Shown here: piece after piece, positions 43,111-56,934 of the stretch
How the letters are laid out: each line of letters starts with the position of its first letter
How positions within the stretch are numbered: position 1 is the stretch's first letter
Assembly: GCF_009914755.1 (NCBI RefSeq)
Contig: NC_060925.1
Origin: the human T2T-CHM13v2.0 reference genome, Homo sapiens
Length of the DNA stretch: 64,000 nucleotides
Strand: one strand, 5' to 3'
Position numbers and translations under genes: made by a program
Notes under the pieces: model-generated
What the model saw: only the letters and a program-made list of their open reading frames with translations
The model's database searches: none
Told to the model about the DNA's origin: nothing

Positions 43111-44195
43111 TCTTTTTTTTAATTCCACAAATTATAAGAAACACAAGCCTATTTTAAATTTAAAAAAAATGTTCAGTGGAAACTTGATGGCAACAGATGG
43201 GGAAGTATTGAATAGGAAGGAAATACTGCAAATTCAATAGAGGTCATCGCTGTTTCTAGATATTTGTTATCACTTCTCTGCCACAGACATGTTCATCATT
43301 GTCTAGATGTGTCCGTAAGTCTTTTCCTTCTGACATGCTCTTAAGGAGCTCCTCCTCTCTATTTTGACTTTTCTTTTTAATGCTATCTTCTCATTTACTC
43401 ATGGTAACTCCAAATACCTCTAACTTTATATTGTCTGTCTTCTTGCCAGCTACTCCATCCAAACTACATCCTTAGCCTTACATTTCTCAAGCAAAAATGA
43501 TATCAAATCCTACCCCGTGCTTTTATTAACAAAAGAACCATCTACCCCAGAGATAAACTAAGCAATTCCATTAGGAGGAAACAGCCACAATCTTTTTTTT
43601 AATAGCATTTTTCTTCATACTCTATTATTACTTAATTAAGAAGCAGCAAAAATACAACAGTGAAAATTTAATGAAATCAGAAATTCCCCCACAGGTTTTA
43701 GCAGAATTTCTGGGTATCATAAAAAATACCTAGAAAAGCGTGAGCCCAGATTCTGCTGACGCTCTTGTGACTCAAGCAAAAGCAGGAACCATCTCTTCTA
43801 ACACAGAGATGCATCTTCAGTAATCTGTTATCCTCTCAAATTCCAGCCAGCTCTTGCTGATGCAGGCAGACATTGCCACCCTAAGCCTGCACTTTCTCAC
43901 TACATCTGTTATACAATGATTTATCTCTTAAGCTGCCATGGGCTGCAGCTTCTCTCTTAAACACAGCATTATAATGCTTGTATTTGTATTCTTTCACCAC
44001 TTAGCTTTCAGTTAATGCACATTATCTGAAAACTTTGTTATATAATCCGCAATCTTTCCTCCAATCCCAATTACTGCAATTATCCTTCCATTTTTACCTG
44101 AATGATGGAGTAAAAATCCCTGCTCTTCAGCTTCCTCACTTCTTCATCTCCTTTATTTTTCATCTCCATTCTACCTCTGATAGAACGGAGATGAA

Positions 44196-44559
<364 letters not shown>

Positions 44560-45824
44560 TTAAATCTTAAACTTTAATTTCCTATCACCAACAATTTTCA
44601 GCATTCCGTCTTTCCCTCCCTCTCACTAAGACTACATTTTAAGTCTTTTGAGAAAATTCTGGGAAAAGAAGGCTGAGCCAATGTCTCTGACTCTTCTTTT
44701 CTCTTCTTAGAAACTATCCAAAAGTAACAAGGGGAAGAACAGAAAGGGGAAGAACAGAAAAGACCACTACACCTTCAGTAAAATTAACAAAAGCTCATAA
44801 CCCTGAATGGAAATATACAAAGATGAGCTCTGAAGTACAATGAAAATTGGACCAGGGCATTGACTGCTTGTAGGAGATCTGAGCAGAGCGCTGGTACAGT
44901 GCTCAGGGCAGGGCTTGCTCTAGTTGCATCACACCTTAAGGGGCAAACAGTGGTCTCCTGCTAGAATAGCAAGATTCCAGTGGGTGGACAGGCATTGGGA
45001 GCCTCCCTGATGCCTTTGTATTACAAAGAAGTGGCCGGGAAGGTGGAACTGAAAGAGGAAATATATAGAAAACTGCCTTTGCTGTGAGAGTGGCGGCATA
45101 GAAAATAAAATATAAATAGCAAGCAGTCCTGTACCAGCTAGAAAAGAAGAAAAGATCTCAGCACTCCTGTGCGTGTACATTTGGAAAAACACGTATGTGG
45201 GTGACACAGTGGACTTCGCAGAGCCCCCCAGGGGACCTTCCTGCTACCCTAAAATATGGAAGAGTATAACAAAACACTTGGAGAAATCTGTCTGAATTTT
45301 TAAACCGCAAGCCCACCTTCCTCTCTGATACCTCTCCCAACTCTTCTTCAAAACTAACCGGTTGTCCAAAATGAGCAATACTTAGGAAATAAAGAAAGAA
45401 ATAGAAGAAGGATGAGGAGAGGAATTCACTAAACAAAAGGCAGATGATCATTGGTCAAAAAATAAATACAACAAAATAAGTGATTGCTATTTGCACACCT
45501 GACTCCCTGCACCAGACTGTAAACCACTATTTTTTGTATTCCCAGCACCAAGCAGAGTGACTTGTACCTAATAAATAGTGCATCTAGATTTGATGAATAA
45601 ATAAGTGATTTTCTGAAGTAGCATTTCAAATATTACTGATCTTCTCGAGAATATTACTTGGGGTGATTGAGTCTTCCTGGATTTTCTGAAATCAAAGAAA
45701 TATAAGTAATTTTCTGTGCTAAGTTTAATTAAGGCAGGTCCTTTTTTTGTTCAGTATCCTTAAAGTTTTAATGAAAAGTTGTTCCCATGATGGTGATATG
45801 TAAGTTCACAGACGTGGTTTTGCA

Positions 45825-46914
45825 TTTTTTTCTTTTTCTTTTTTTTATTATACTTTAAGTTTTAGAGTATATGTACACAACGTGCAGGTTTGTTACATAG
45901 GTATACATGTGCCGTGTTGGCTTGCTGCACCCAATAACTCATCATTTACATTAGGTATTTCTCCTATTGCTATCCCTCCCCCAGCCCCCCACCCCACAAC
46001 AGGCCCCATTGTGTGATGTTCCCCCCTGTGTGTCCAAATGATCTCATTGTTCAATTCCCACCTATGAGTGAGAACATGCGGTGTTTGGCTTTCTATCCTT
46101 GTGATAGTTTGCTGAGAATGATGGTTTCCAGCTTCATCCATGTCCCTGCAAAGGACATGAACTCATCCTTTTTAATGGCTGCATAGTATTACATGGTGTA
46201 TATGTACCACATTTTCTTAATCCAGTCTATCATTGATGGACATTTGGGTTGGTTCCAAGTCTTTGCTATTGTGAATAGTGCCACAATAAACATACGTGTG
46301 CATGTGTCTTTATAGCAGCATGATTCATAATCCTTTAGGTATATACCCCGTAGTGGGATTGCTGAGTCAAATGGTGTTTCGAGTTTTAGAGCCTTGAAGA
46401 ATCACCACGCTGTCTTCCACAATGGTTGAACTAATTTACACTCCCACTAACAATGTCAAAGCATTCCTATTTCTCCACATCCCCTCCAGCATCTGTTGTT
46501 TCCTCACATTTTAATGATTGTCATTCTAACTGGCATGAGATGGTATCTCATTGTGGTTCTGATTTGCATTTCTCTGATGACTAGTGATGATGAGCATTTT
46601 TTTTTCATGTGTTTGTTGGCTGCATAAATGTCTTCTTTTGAGAAGTGTCTGTTCATATTCTTTGCCATTTTTTGATGGGGTTGTTCGTTTTTTTCTTTTA
46701 CATTTGTTTGAGTTCTTCGTAGATTCTGGATATTAGCCCTTTGTCAGATGGGTAGATTGCAAAAATTTTCTCCCATTCTGTAGGTTGCCTGTTCACTCTG
46801 ATGGTAGTTTTTTTGCCATGTAGAAGCTCTCTAATTTAATTAGATCCCGTTTGTCTATTTTGGCTTTTGTTGCCATTGCTTTTGGTGTTTTAGTCATGAA
46901 GTCCTTGCCAATGT
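45825..46914 (-). mobile_element. 5'-truncated L1PA (about PA6-PA8)
   Basis: TTATTATACTTTAAGTTTTAG 3' end, L1PA 3'UTR and ORF2 C-terminal sequence. Confidence 0.93.
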
Positions 46915-47061
46915 AATGCAGATCCTTTTAAAAGTTTAATTAATTCAACAAATATTTGTTGGGTTCTTTACTAAGTGCAGATCAATTTGTGAGGTTCTAC
47001 CTTGGATCTAAAAACAAGACCTCAAGTTGCACATCTACTATTTAATTAATTCAATTCTTAG

Positions 47062-50000
47062 TTTTTTTTATTTTTAACTTTTAACTATTACGCGTACATA
47101 ATAGATGTATATGTTTAAGAGATACATGTGCTGTTTTGATACAGGCATGCAATGTATAATAATCACATAAGGGTAGTTAAGGTATCCATCACCTCAAGCA
47201 TTTATCATTTCTTTGTGTTAGGGACTTTCCAATTTTACTCTTTTAGTTATTTTGAAATACACAATAAACAGTTGTCAACTATAGTAATGTTGTTATGCTG
47301 TCAAATACTAGATCTTATTCATTCTACCTAACTATATTTTTGTACCCATCGATCATTCCCACTTTCCCCCGACCCCTTGTCTCCACTACCCTTCCCAGTT
47401 TCTGGTAATTATCATTCAATTCTTTATCCCAGTGAGTTCAGTTGTTTTAATTTTTAGCTCCCACAAATGAATGAAGACGTGTGAAATTTGTCTTTCTGTG
47501 CCTGGCTTCATTTAACATGATGTCCTCCAGTTCAATCCATGTTGTTGCAAATGACATGTTTTCATTCTTTTTAATTGCTGAATAATATTCCAATGTACAT
47601 ATGCATACTAAATTTTCTTTATCCATTCACCTATTGATGGACACTTAAGTGGATTCTAAATCTTGGCTATTGTGAATAATACTGCAATAAACGTGGGAGT
47701 ACAGATAACTCTTTGATATACTGATTTCCTTTCTTTGGATATATACCTAGCAGTGTGACTGCTGGAACATATGGTAGCTTTATTTTTAGTTCTTTAAGGA
47801 GTTTCATAAGCTTTAGTTCTTATAAATAGTTTTATACTGTTTCGTATGTGACTGCACTAATTTACATTCCCACTAACAGTTTACAAGGGTTCCCCTTTCT
47901 TCACATCCTTGCCAGCATTTATTATTGCCTGTCTTTTGGATAATAGCTATTTTAACTGGGTGAGATGAAATCTCATTGTAGTTTTAATTTGTATTTCTCT
48001 GATGATTAATGATGTTGAGCATTTTTTATATACTGCTGCTCATTTGTATGTCTTCTTTTGAGAAATGTCTATTCAGATCTTTTGCCCATTTGAAAATTTG
48101 ATTAGTTGTTCTTTTTCTATTGAGTTGTTTGAACTCCTTGTACATTTTGGTTTTAATCTCTTGTCTGATGGGTAGTTTGCAAATATTTTCTACCATTCTG
48201 TGGTTTGTGTCTTCACTTTGTTCTTTCCTTTGCTGTGCAGAGGCTTTTCAGATTGTTATGATCCTATTGTCCATTTTTGCTTTAGTTTCCTGTGCTTTTA
48301 AGGCATTACTCAAGAAATCTTTACCCAGATCAATGTCTTTGAGAGTTTCCCCAATGTTTTCCTTTAGTTTAAGGTCTTAGATTTAAATATTTAATCTATT
48401 TTGATTTGATTTTTATATACAGCAAGAGATAGAGATCTAGTTTTTTTTCTCTGCATATGGATATCCAGTTTTCCCAGCATCACTTATTGAAGAGACTATC
48501 CTTTCACCGATGTGTGTTCTTAGCACCTTTATCAAAAAAAGAGTTCTCTGTAGATGTCTGGATTTATTTGTGGATTCTCTACTCTTTTCCACTAGACTTC
48601 GTGTCTGTTTTTATAAATTATGCTGCTTCGGTTATTATAATGCTGCAGTATAATTTGATTACAACAGGAGGTAATGTGCTTTTTGCTCAGGATGACTGTA
48701 GCTATTTTGGATCTTTTGTGTTTCCATATAAATTTTATGATTTTTTTCTATTTCTATGATGAATGTCATTGGTATTTTGATAGGGATTGCACTGAATCTG
48801 TAGATTGCTTTGGGTACTATGAACATTTTAACAATGTTGATTATTCCAATCCATGAACATGGAATATCTTTTCATTTTTCACATTCTCTTCAATTTCTTT
48901 CATCAATGTTATATAGTTTCCATTGAAGGTATCTTTCATTTCTCTGGTTAAGTTTATTCCTAGGTATTTAATTTTATTTGTAGATATTATGTCAGTGGGA
49001 TTACTTCCTTAGTTTCTTTTTCAGAGTGTTCACTGTTGGCATATTATAATGCTACTGATTATTGTATGTTGATCAACAAAATTAACATGCAATAATCAGT
49101 AGCATTTGATTATTTGTTTATCACTGCTATATTTGAATTTATCCGTGCTTATAATTTTTTGATGGAGTCTTTGGGTTTTTCTAAACATAAGATTATATTG
49201 TTTGCAACAAGAATAATTTGACTTTCCAACTTGGATGTCTTATATTTCTTGCTTTTGTCTAATTGCTCTAGCTAGAACTTCCAGTACTATGTTAAATAAC
49301 AGTGGTGAAAGTGAGCATTCTTGTCTTGTTCCACATCTTAGAGAAAAGGCTTTTGGGCTTTCCTGTTCAGTATGATGCTAACTGTGGGTCTGTCTATATG
49401 ACTTTTATTGTTTTGAGGTATGTTCTTTCTATACCCAGTTCTTTGAGAGTTTTTATCATGAAGGAATGTTGAGTTTTATTGAATGCTTTTTCAACATCTA
49501 ATGAAATGATGATATGCTTTTTGTTCTTCATTCTGTTGGTATGATGTATCACAATGATTGATTTGCATATATTGAACCATCTTATTTTAAACTGATGACA
49601 ACATAACTCTGATTACAAAATGATAACAAACAGGGAAGCAAAGAGAAAACTAATAGAAACTCTACAGTTTAACTCTATCTCCCCTCCCACTTTTTACCTT
49701 TTTTTGTTTCTATTTACATCTTTTTATACTATCGCTTAAAAAGTTGTTGTAGATATTATTTTTGATAAGTTTGTCTTTTAGTCTTCTTAGTTTACACACC
49801 ACAATTACAGTGTTAGAATATTTGTATTTGTCTGTATACTTACTGTTACCAGTGAGTTTTTGTACCTTTAGATGATTTCTTATTTTTCATTAATGTCCTT
49901 CTCTTTCAGACTGAAGAACCCTCTTTATAATTTCTTATAGGACAGGTCTGGTATTGACAAAATCCCTCAGCTTTTGTTTGTCTATGAAAGTCTTTATTTC

Positions 50001-51757
50001 TTCTTCATGTTTGAAGGCTATTTTCACTGGATATAATATTCTTTGATAAAAGATAAAGGTTATTTTCCTCCTTCACTTTGAATATATCATGCCAATCTCT
50101 CCTGGCTTACAGGTTTCCACTGAGCAGTCTGTGGCCACACATATTGGAGCTCCTTTATATGTTGTTTCCTTTCTCTTGCTGCTTTTAGATCCTTTATTTA
50201 TCCTTGATCTTTGGGAGTTACATCATTAAATACCTTATCATAGTTTTATTTGGGTTAAATCTCCTTGGTGTTCTATGCCCTTCTTGTATCTCTGAATATT
50301 GATATCTTTCTTTAGGTTTGGAAACTTCTGTGTTATTGTTTCTTCGAATAAACTTTCTGCCCCAATCTCTTTCTCTACCTTGCCTTTAAAATCTATAACC
50401 CTTAGATTTGTTTTTTGAGGATATTTTCCAGATCTAATCGATATGCTTCACGTCATTTCCTTTTTTCTTTTTCCTTTCTTCTTCTCTGTGTATCTTCATA
50501 CAGCCTGTCTTAAAACTCACTAATTCTTTCTTCTGCTTAATTCTGCTGTTGATAAACTATGATGCATTTTTTGGTTTCTCAATTGAATTTTTCAGTTCTA
50601 GAATTTTTCCTTGATTTTCAAGAAATATTTCAATCTCTTTGTTAAATTTCTCTGATAGAACTCTGAATTCCTTTCCTGTGTTATATTGAGTTCACTGAGC
50701 TCCCTCAAAATAGCTACTTTGAATTCTCTGTCTGAAAGATCACATATCTCTGTCACTCTGGGATTGGTCACTGGTTCCTAATTTAGTTCGTGTATTGAGC
50801 TCATGTTTTCTGGATGGTCTTGATGCTTCTGGAAGTTCATCAATGTCTGGGCTTGTTTGTACCCATCCTTCTTGAGAAGGTTCTCCAGGTATTCAAAGGA
50901 AATTGAGTATTGTGATCTAAGTCTTTGGTCACTGCACCCATATTGTACTGGGTGCACCCCAAACCTGATAATGCTGCAAATCTTGCAGACTTGTACCACC
51001 TTAATGGGCTCAGGTAAGATACAAGATTATTTTCTGTATTACCAGGCAGAGTATCTTGTTCTCCTCCCTTACTTTCTGCCAAACTGAAGGAAGCTCTTTT
51101 TCCATGTTGTGCTGCCTAGCATTGGGGGTGAGGTGATACAAAAACTCTCCTCGTCACCCTAGCTGTTGTTTTACTGGGAAGTGTGCACCTCAAGTCACTG
51201 GCTCTGAGCTCAGCACAGCACCAGTACTTGCCCAAGGACTGCAGCCCTTGTAGTCTGACTGCCTTTCAAATGTATTCAAGACCCCATGCCACTTTAGTCA
51301 GCCAGTAGTGGAACTAGCTGGAGCTCAGGCCCCTACTCCTGGGGCAGGAGTTTCCCTTCTGACTGAGGCTGTTTTAAATGTTCCCTCCATGGGCACTGGC
51401 AGAATTTTGCCATGTGTAATATGTATTCCACTGTGAAAGGGTAGAACGAAGTTCCAGTGCAAATTCCCACAATCACTTCACTTTCCCTCCCCCAAGCACT
51501 CAATATACTCTCTCCATGGCACTGCTGGGGTTGAGGACAGGTGGTGTTGGCAATGCAAGACTGTCTTTCCCACTCTCTTCAATGTCTGTTATTTCGATAC
51601 AATGTTAAAACCAAGCACTATAATCACTCATCTGATTTTTGTCCTTATAAAGTTGCTTTCTTGCATAGATAGTTGTGCAATTTGGTGTCCCTTTACAAGG
51701 GGTATGGCGGGGGGAATTTCTGGAGAGTTCTATTTGGCCATCTTGTTCTGCCTTCCT
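47062..51757 (-). mobile_element. L1MA2/3-like LINE-1 retaining both ends, with a large internal ORF2 deletion
   Basis: L1MA 3'UTR (GTATCCATCACCTCAAGCATTTATC); ORF2 to about 49580; abrupt jump to inter-ORF/ORF1; 5' end TTGGCCATCTTG; TSD-like AATTCTTAGTTT/AATTCTTCATTT. Confidence 0.88.
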
Positions 51758-51869
51758 TAAATTCTTCATTTAAAAGAAGTAAGGTTCTTGATTGATCTAG
51801 AGAAGGGAAAATGCTATTTTCTCCTTCTCACCCATTCTGGAATATATTCTGACCATAAAAAAATTGCTA

Positions 51870-52207
<338 letters not shown>

Positions 52208-52689
52208 TCAAATTTGTAAATTGCACATGTGAACTGGGTCTCTTTTATTTAATAATAAATGGACAAGGTAAATGGGAAATCATACACTTATTTACTTATT
52301 TACTAAGTACGTATAAAATGACTTCTCTTTCTAAGATGCTATAGTATATTAGGCAGGAGAATTTCCCAGATCTTACTATATTCAAAGCATAAGTGATATG
52401 CAATTGTGATACATGTTTAGTTCTATTTGTAAATAAAGAAATTTTTATTTATTTTTTGATATCAGATAAAAAGTAGTCCTTTTGCTATTAGTGTTAGGTT
52501 TATTAAGGGAAGATTAAGAAATTACTATAAATAACATATGTCTACAGGCTTACCATATTATCTCCAATCTCTTTATTTTGTATGAGTGCTAGAAAAATGA
52601 GATTTACGACAAAGCATATAAAGAGAAAGTCCTCTCTAAAAAATTAAATTTAAGAAAATAAACACTAGTCATTTTGTTTATTTAGAATC

Positions 52690-52900
52690 TCTTAAAGTAT
52701 GTTTCTTGGAAAACTTCTTCCCACAAGAATAATGGATAGTTCAAGAAAAAATGTTTATATGATCAAATCAGTTTGGGAAATGCTCTATGTTATAAACTCT
52801 CTTTTGGAAATTCACAATACACATGCACAAATTAAAGGGTCTGAAGACCCTTTTAAGTTTAAAAAAAAATTGTTTAGCCCAGTGTTTCCCAAATTTTGGA
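52690..52900 (+). mobile_element. MER103C-like hAT element
   Basis: TCAAATCAGTTTGGGAAATGCT..TTGGAAATTCACAATACACAT..TTAAAGGGTCTGAAG..TTGTTTAGCCCAGTGTTTCCCAAA. Confidence 0.65.
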
Positions 52901-53539
52901 TAGCACAAAGACATGTTAGCAAAGAATGTGATCTCTTATAAATCAAAATACAAGATTTTTAAAGATAGTCAAGTGGCATCAGCTAAAGATGAATATGATC
53001 TTCATATATACCCCAAATCTCTGTCTCTTCTGCTCGTAGTGTGTAAAAGGTGTCCTGTTTCTGTTTAAAGGCTTGCTATCCCACTTGACTCTGCTTATCA
53101 CCTAGTTTAACTTTCTCAATGACCTCATTCCTGCATCATCAATTTTTTGTTGATATTTTTCTTTATTGAGATGCTGGTCCACTGACTATGAAAACAATCT
53201 TTTTTAACTCCCTTTTGGGAAAAGATTACTTGAAAAATGTCAAGTTATCACCTATTTCTTTGCTGCCCATTAGGGCAAAATTCTTGGAAGTCTGTACTTG
53301 ATCTATCTTCTTGATGATGTTCCAATGTGTTTTCAAACACCTTCCAGTCTGCCTTTCCTCCACACCGCTCCTCTAAGATTGTTCTTGTCAAAATCTCAAA
53401 AAATTCCATGTTGGCAAATTCAGAGAGCCTTTTTCAATTCTTCTCTTACTTCGTATTCAGTAGCATCCACATAAGTGGCCACTCATTCCTTGAAATTTTA
53501 TCCTTTACTTCTGAGAGATCACACCTTCTGTTTTTCGTT

Positions 53540-53566
53540 TTTGTTGTTGTTGTTGTTGTTGTTGTT
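53540..53566. repeat. (GTT)n microsatellite
   Basis: About 8 GTT units. Confidence 0.9.
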
Positions 53567-54334
53567 TTACCGTATCTCACTTCAATCTACTTCGATGACT
53601 TCACTGTATTCACCAGACTTCAAAAAGTTAGAATTCCCCAGGCTCAATTCACGTTATTTTTGTTTTTCTAAGCTCTTTCTAGATAATCTCATTAGCTTCC
53701 ATAGCGTTAAATAACATGATATGAATAGATTTTGATTGCCAAATGTATAGCTCTAGTTCTTCATCGGTTCTGAGCTCTAAATTCTTAGAGCTAGCTGTCT
53801 GTTGACATTTTAGTGTATACACTGCATGCATCTTAAAAGTAACAAGTCCAAAAGGGAACTCTCACTTTCCCACCTCATCTGTTTCTGTTTTACCTATAGC
53901 AATAAACAGCACCACGCTCTACCTAAATACTGCAGTCATCATCATTCCCTCTTTCCCTTATCCCTTAGATTTAATTCATGAACAAGACCTGTCAATTTTT
54001 CCCTCAAATATTATCTTGGATACATAACCAATTCTCAAATATCCATTTCTTCAAATATTTATATTGGATAAATATCCATTTCTTGACATCCCCATTTCTA
54101 CCATTCTAGTTCAAGCTGGCATCTAGTCTTGCCTGGACTAGTGCAATATCCTTCTAACTGATCTCTTTGTTTATTTTCTTGTTTCACCCCAATCAACACT
54201 GCCCTCAGTATATGAGTGACTTTTAAAAAAATGTTATCTGATTGATTGACTCATTTCATACCTCATTGCTTAAAAGCCTTCAATGGCTTCCTAAAGAACT
54301 TGGAATAAAACACAATGGGCAGGTTCTTCTTTGT

Positions 54335-54472
54335 GTCTACCTCAGCTTGATCCATTTGCCCCATTTCTCTGTGCTTGGCATTTCTGGTTTCTTTCCTCTT
54401 CTCGTCTACCTCAGCTTGATCCATTTGCCCCATTTCTCTGTGCTTGGCATTTCTGGTTTCTTTTCTCTTCTT
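54335..54472. repeat. 69-bp tandem duplication (2 copies, 67/69 identical)
   Basis: GTCTACCTCAGCTTGATCCATTTGCC... starts at both 54335 and 54404. Confidence 0.95.
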
Positions 54473-55302
54473 GTAAACATGATCAGTTCTTTTTCTCCTC
54501 AGAATCTTTGTCCCTGATTTTTTCCTCTACCTGAATTGCTCTTTCCCCTATTTTTCCTACAGTCTACCTTTCTTCTTTCATATGTCAACTCAAGCCACCT
54601 CAGTCTGTGTCAGTCCTACCTAAAGTTGCCAGCACACACATCAGATTCTATATTCTCCAAGTTTTATTTCCTTCAAAACATTTAAAACGATATATATTGA
54701 TTTTGCTTATTATTGAGGAGTGATGATGAGTTAGGCTGGGCAGTAATTGGGCATTGTTTTCTCTCTAAACATGCTCCACATACACCCCATACATATCACT
54801 GAGGTCACAGGTACTTGTGGTCTAGTTGACCAGTGTTACCCAAATGCCCAGAGCTGTACTAGCACAAAAAAACCTGCTGAATTAGTACTTGTTGGATAAA
54901 TTAATGAATAATCTTCATTATAAACAAATAAAGACCCTTATTTTTCAATATCAACCCAGAAGATCTAATCCTTGTGCATTTTGATGGTAAGTAAATCTAA
55001 GGAGGTGAGTCTATGTAACAATATAGTCTAGATTACAATAAGAAACCTAGTTAAAAGTAAAATGTGGATCTTCTAAGGTGATATATATCCCTAGCACACG
55101 GGAAGTATGGGTATGGAAAAAAATTCACCACCAATTTTTGCAGGTTATTTCAGACAACAGTCACACCTCACTGTATCCATATTTCCTTCTCAGGCCACAA
55201 CTACCAATATCTGAAATTAAAAATCCTGGGTTCCAAGGTTATTTTTCTTCTCTGCTCATCTTTTTCACAGAAAATTTTTTCACTAAGATGTAATTGAGAG
55301 AT

Positions 55303-55321
55303 TGGCCACTTGAGGGCACTT
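55303..55321 (+). promoter_or_regulatory. CTCF-like motif (one core mismatch)
   Basis: TGGCCACTTGAGGGCACTT versus consensus TGGCCACYAGRKGGCRSY. Confidence 0.45.
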
Positions 55322-55584
55322 TAGCTCCTTTATAAACGCTCCGGAAAAAAAAAGCCAGCTTCCTTTCAGAGAGGCAAAAATCACTTTCCCTAATATTATA
55401 TCCCTGATTCTGACACTTAAATCTCAAATTCCTAAAATTCAAATCAGCTACTACTAATTCAAGATATCAACATTACTCACTTATGGCATTATCTTTTTCA
55501 ACTTTCTTATCACAACTCTGTCTTCTGTCTGCTCGCTCATGAAGAGAACACAGCAGTATCCATTTTAGGCTAATGATCAACAAC

Positions 55585-55755
55585 TAGGGTGAATACTAGA
55601 ATCATGTGGAAGAATTATCAAAATATGCCTTTTTGAGCGCCACTCTGATCCACTCAGATGCACTAAATCACAACCATCAAAGACGTAACATCAGTGTAAG
55701 AGTTTTTTTAAAAAAGCTTCCCAGGTGCTTCTGATACATAACTTGGATGAGAACA
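55585..55755. mobile_element. MER5-like fragment
   Basis: TAGAATCATGTGGA..AAGCTTCCCAGGTGCTTCTGAT..TGAGAAC. Confidence 0.5.
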
Positions 55756-55789
55756 AGGGACAGGGCCAATGTTTCCAACCAGCCATGTA

Positions 55790-55815
55790 AATAATAATAA
55801 TAATAATAATAATAA
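55790..55815. repeat. (AAT)n microsatellite
   Basis: About 8 AAT units. Confidence 0.9.
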
Positions 55816-56359
55816 AAAATCCATACAACTCCTTCTGCTTACCCACAGAATCTGAGCACAAAGTAAAAAAGTATTTACTCCATTCCTGGGTTCTTATTCT
55901 TCCTAGATTCCTGGTTGCTTTTTGTTGTTCCAGCTCCCTGTAAAGGAAAGAATTATATCCCCATTTCCACCTTCACCACCTCATTTTAAGCAGCTCTGCG
56001 TTGCTCACATTCGCTTTCTAGAGTAATATGCTCAGCTGTGGTGGCACAGAGAAGGAAACTGGCCTAAATTTTGTCATAGGCAGCTAGAAAATATTAAAAA
56101 GTAGATTGTGATACCTGGACAATTTTCATGTTATTCCAACTGCGAGGGTGAGCTCTTCAAAAGCATAATGATAAAATAGCCTGTCTTTCATTGGACTCCT
56201 CAGAAAAGCACATCTGCGAACCATCAGGAAAAAAAAGTAACCACTTCATCTCTTTACCTCCTTTACCAGCATGGTCTCCCACCTTTGCTAACAGGTACTA
56301 AAAACTGGCTCTAACTTAAACAAGAAGAGACGTTTTCTAGGAAGAATCAAGAGTGGTTC

Positions 56360-56934
56360 TGATATAGGAGTTAAGAAATCACTTAGGCAAATAGTGAGGG
56401 TACTGGAGTCTTTGGTAAGGTTTTGCTTTTAATGAAAAGCAGCCCCAAATCATTTTCTTTTCTAACAAAAATCAGCCTGTGAATTCGAGCTGCAGGCATA
56501 GATGCCAGCAGTTGTGCCATTCGTGTTCAAAATGGCGGCTTCATCTTCTCTTCTTTTTTGCCAGCCAATGTACAGTAAGGAGCAGCCAAGATGGCGCTGG
56601 TCAAAATGGAAAGGACATTTGCATAACAAGGTTAGGGCTGGGTGACCAGCCTTCCCTGCCCACTTCATAAATGTCACACCTGATCAAACCAATCTTTGGG
56701 CCCTACGTACATCAGACACCTCCTCCTCAAGCCTGCCTATAAATCCAGCAAACTGCCACGGTTTGGCCTTTTCCCCTCGGAAGCCCCTCTCTCTCTCACT
56801 AGAAAAAGAACTGTTCTTTCTTTCTTCCGTCTATTAAACCTTCGCTCCTAAAATCCTCATGTGTGTCTATGTCCCAAATTTTCTTGGTGTGAGACAATGA
56901 ACTGCTGGTATTTACCCCAGATAACGAAGCTTCA
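56360..56934 (+). mobile_element. LTR9-family (ERV1) solo LTR
   Basis: TG...CA termini; TGATATAGGAGTTAAGAAATCACTTAGGCAAATAGTGAGGGTA start; CCAAT, TATAAAT (56738) and ATTAAA (56833); 4-bp flanks GTTC/GTTT. Confidence 0.8.

Larger units (their letters stand above)
52990..54910 (+). mobile_element. L2 LINE, long degraded piece including 3' end
   Basis: RT-region-like text (TTGTTCTTGTCAAAATCTCAAA), AAAAGCCTTCAATGGCTTCC, and terminal TACTTGTTGGATAAATTAATGAAT. Confidence 0.75.
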
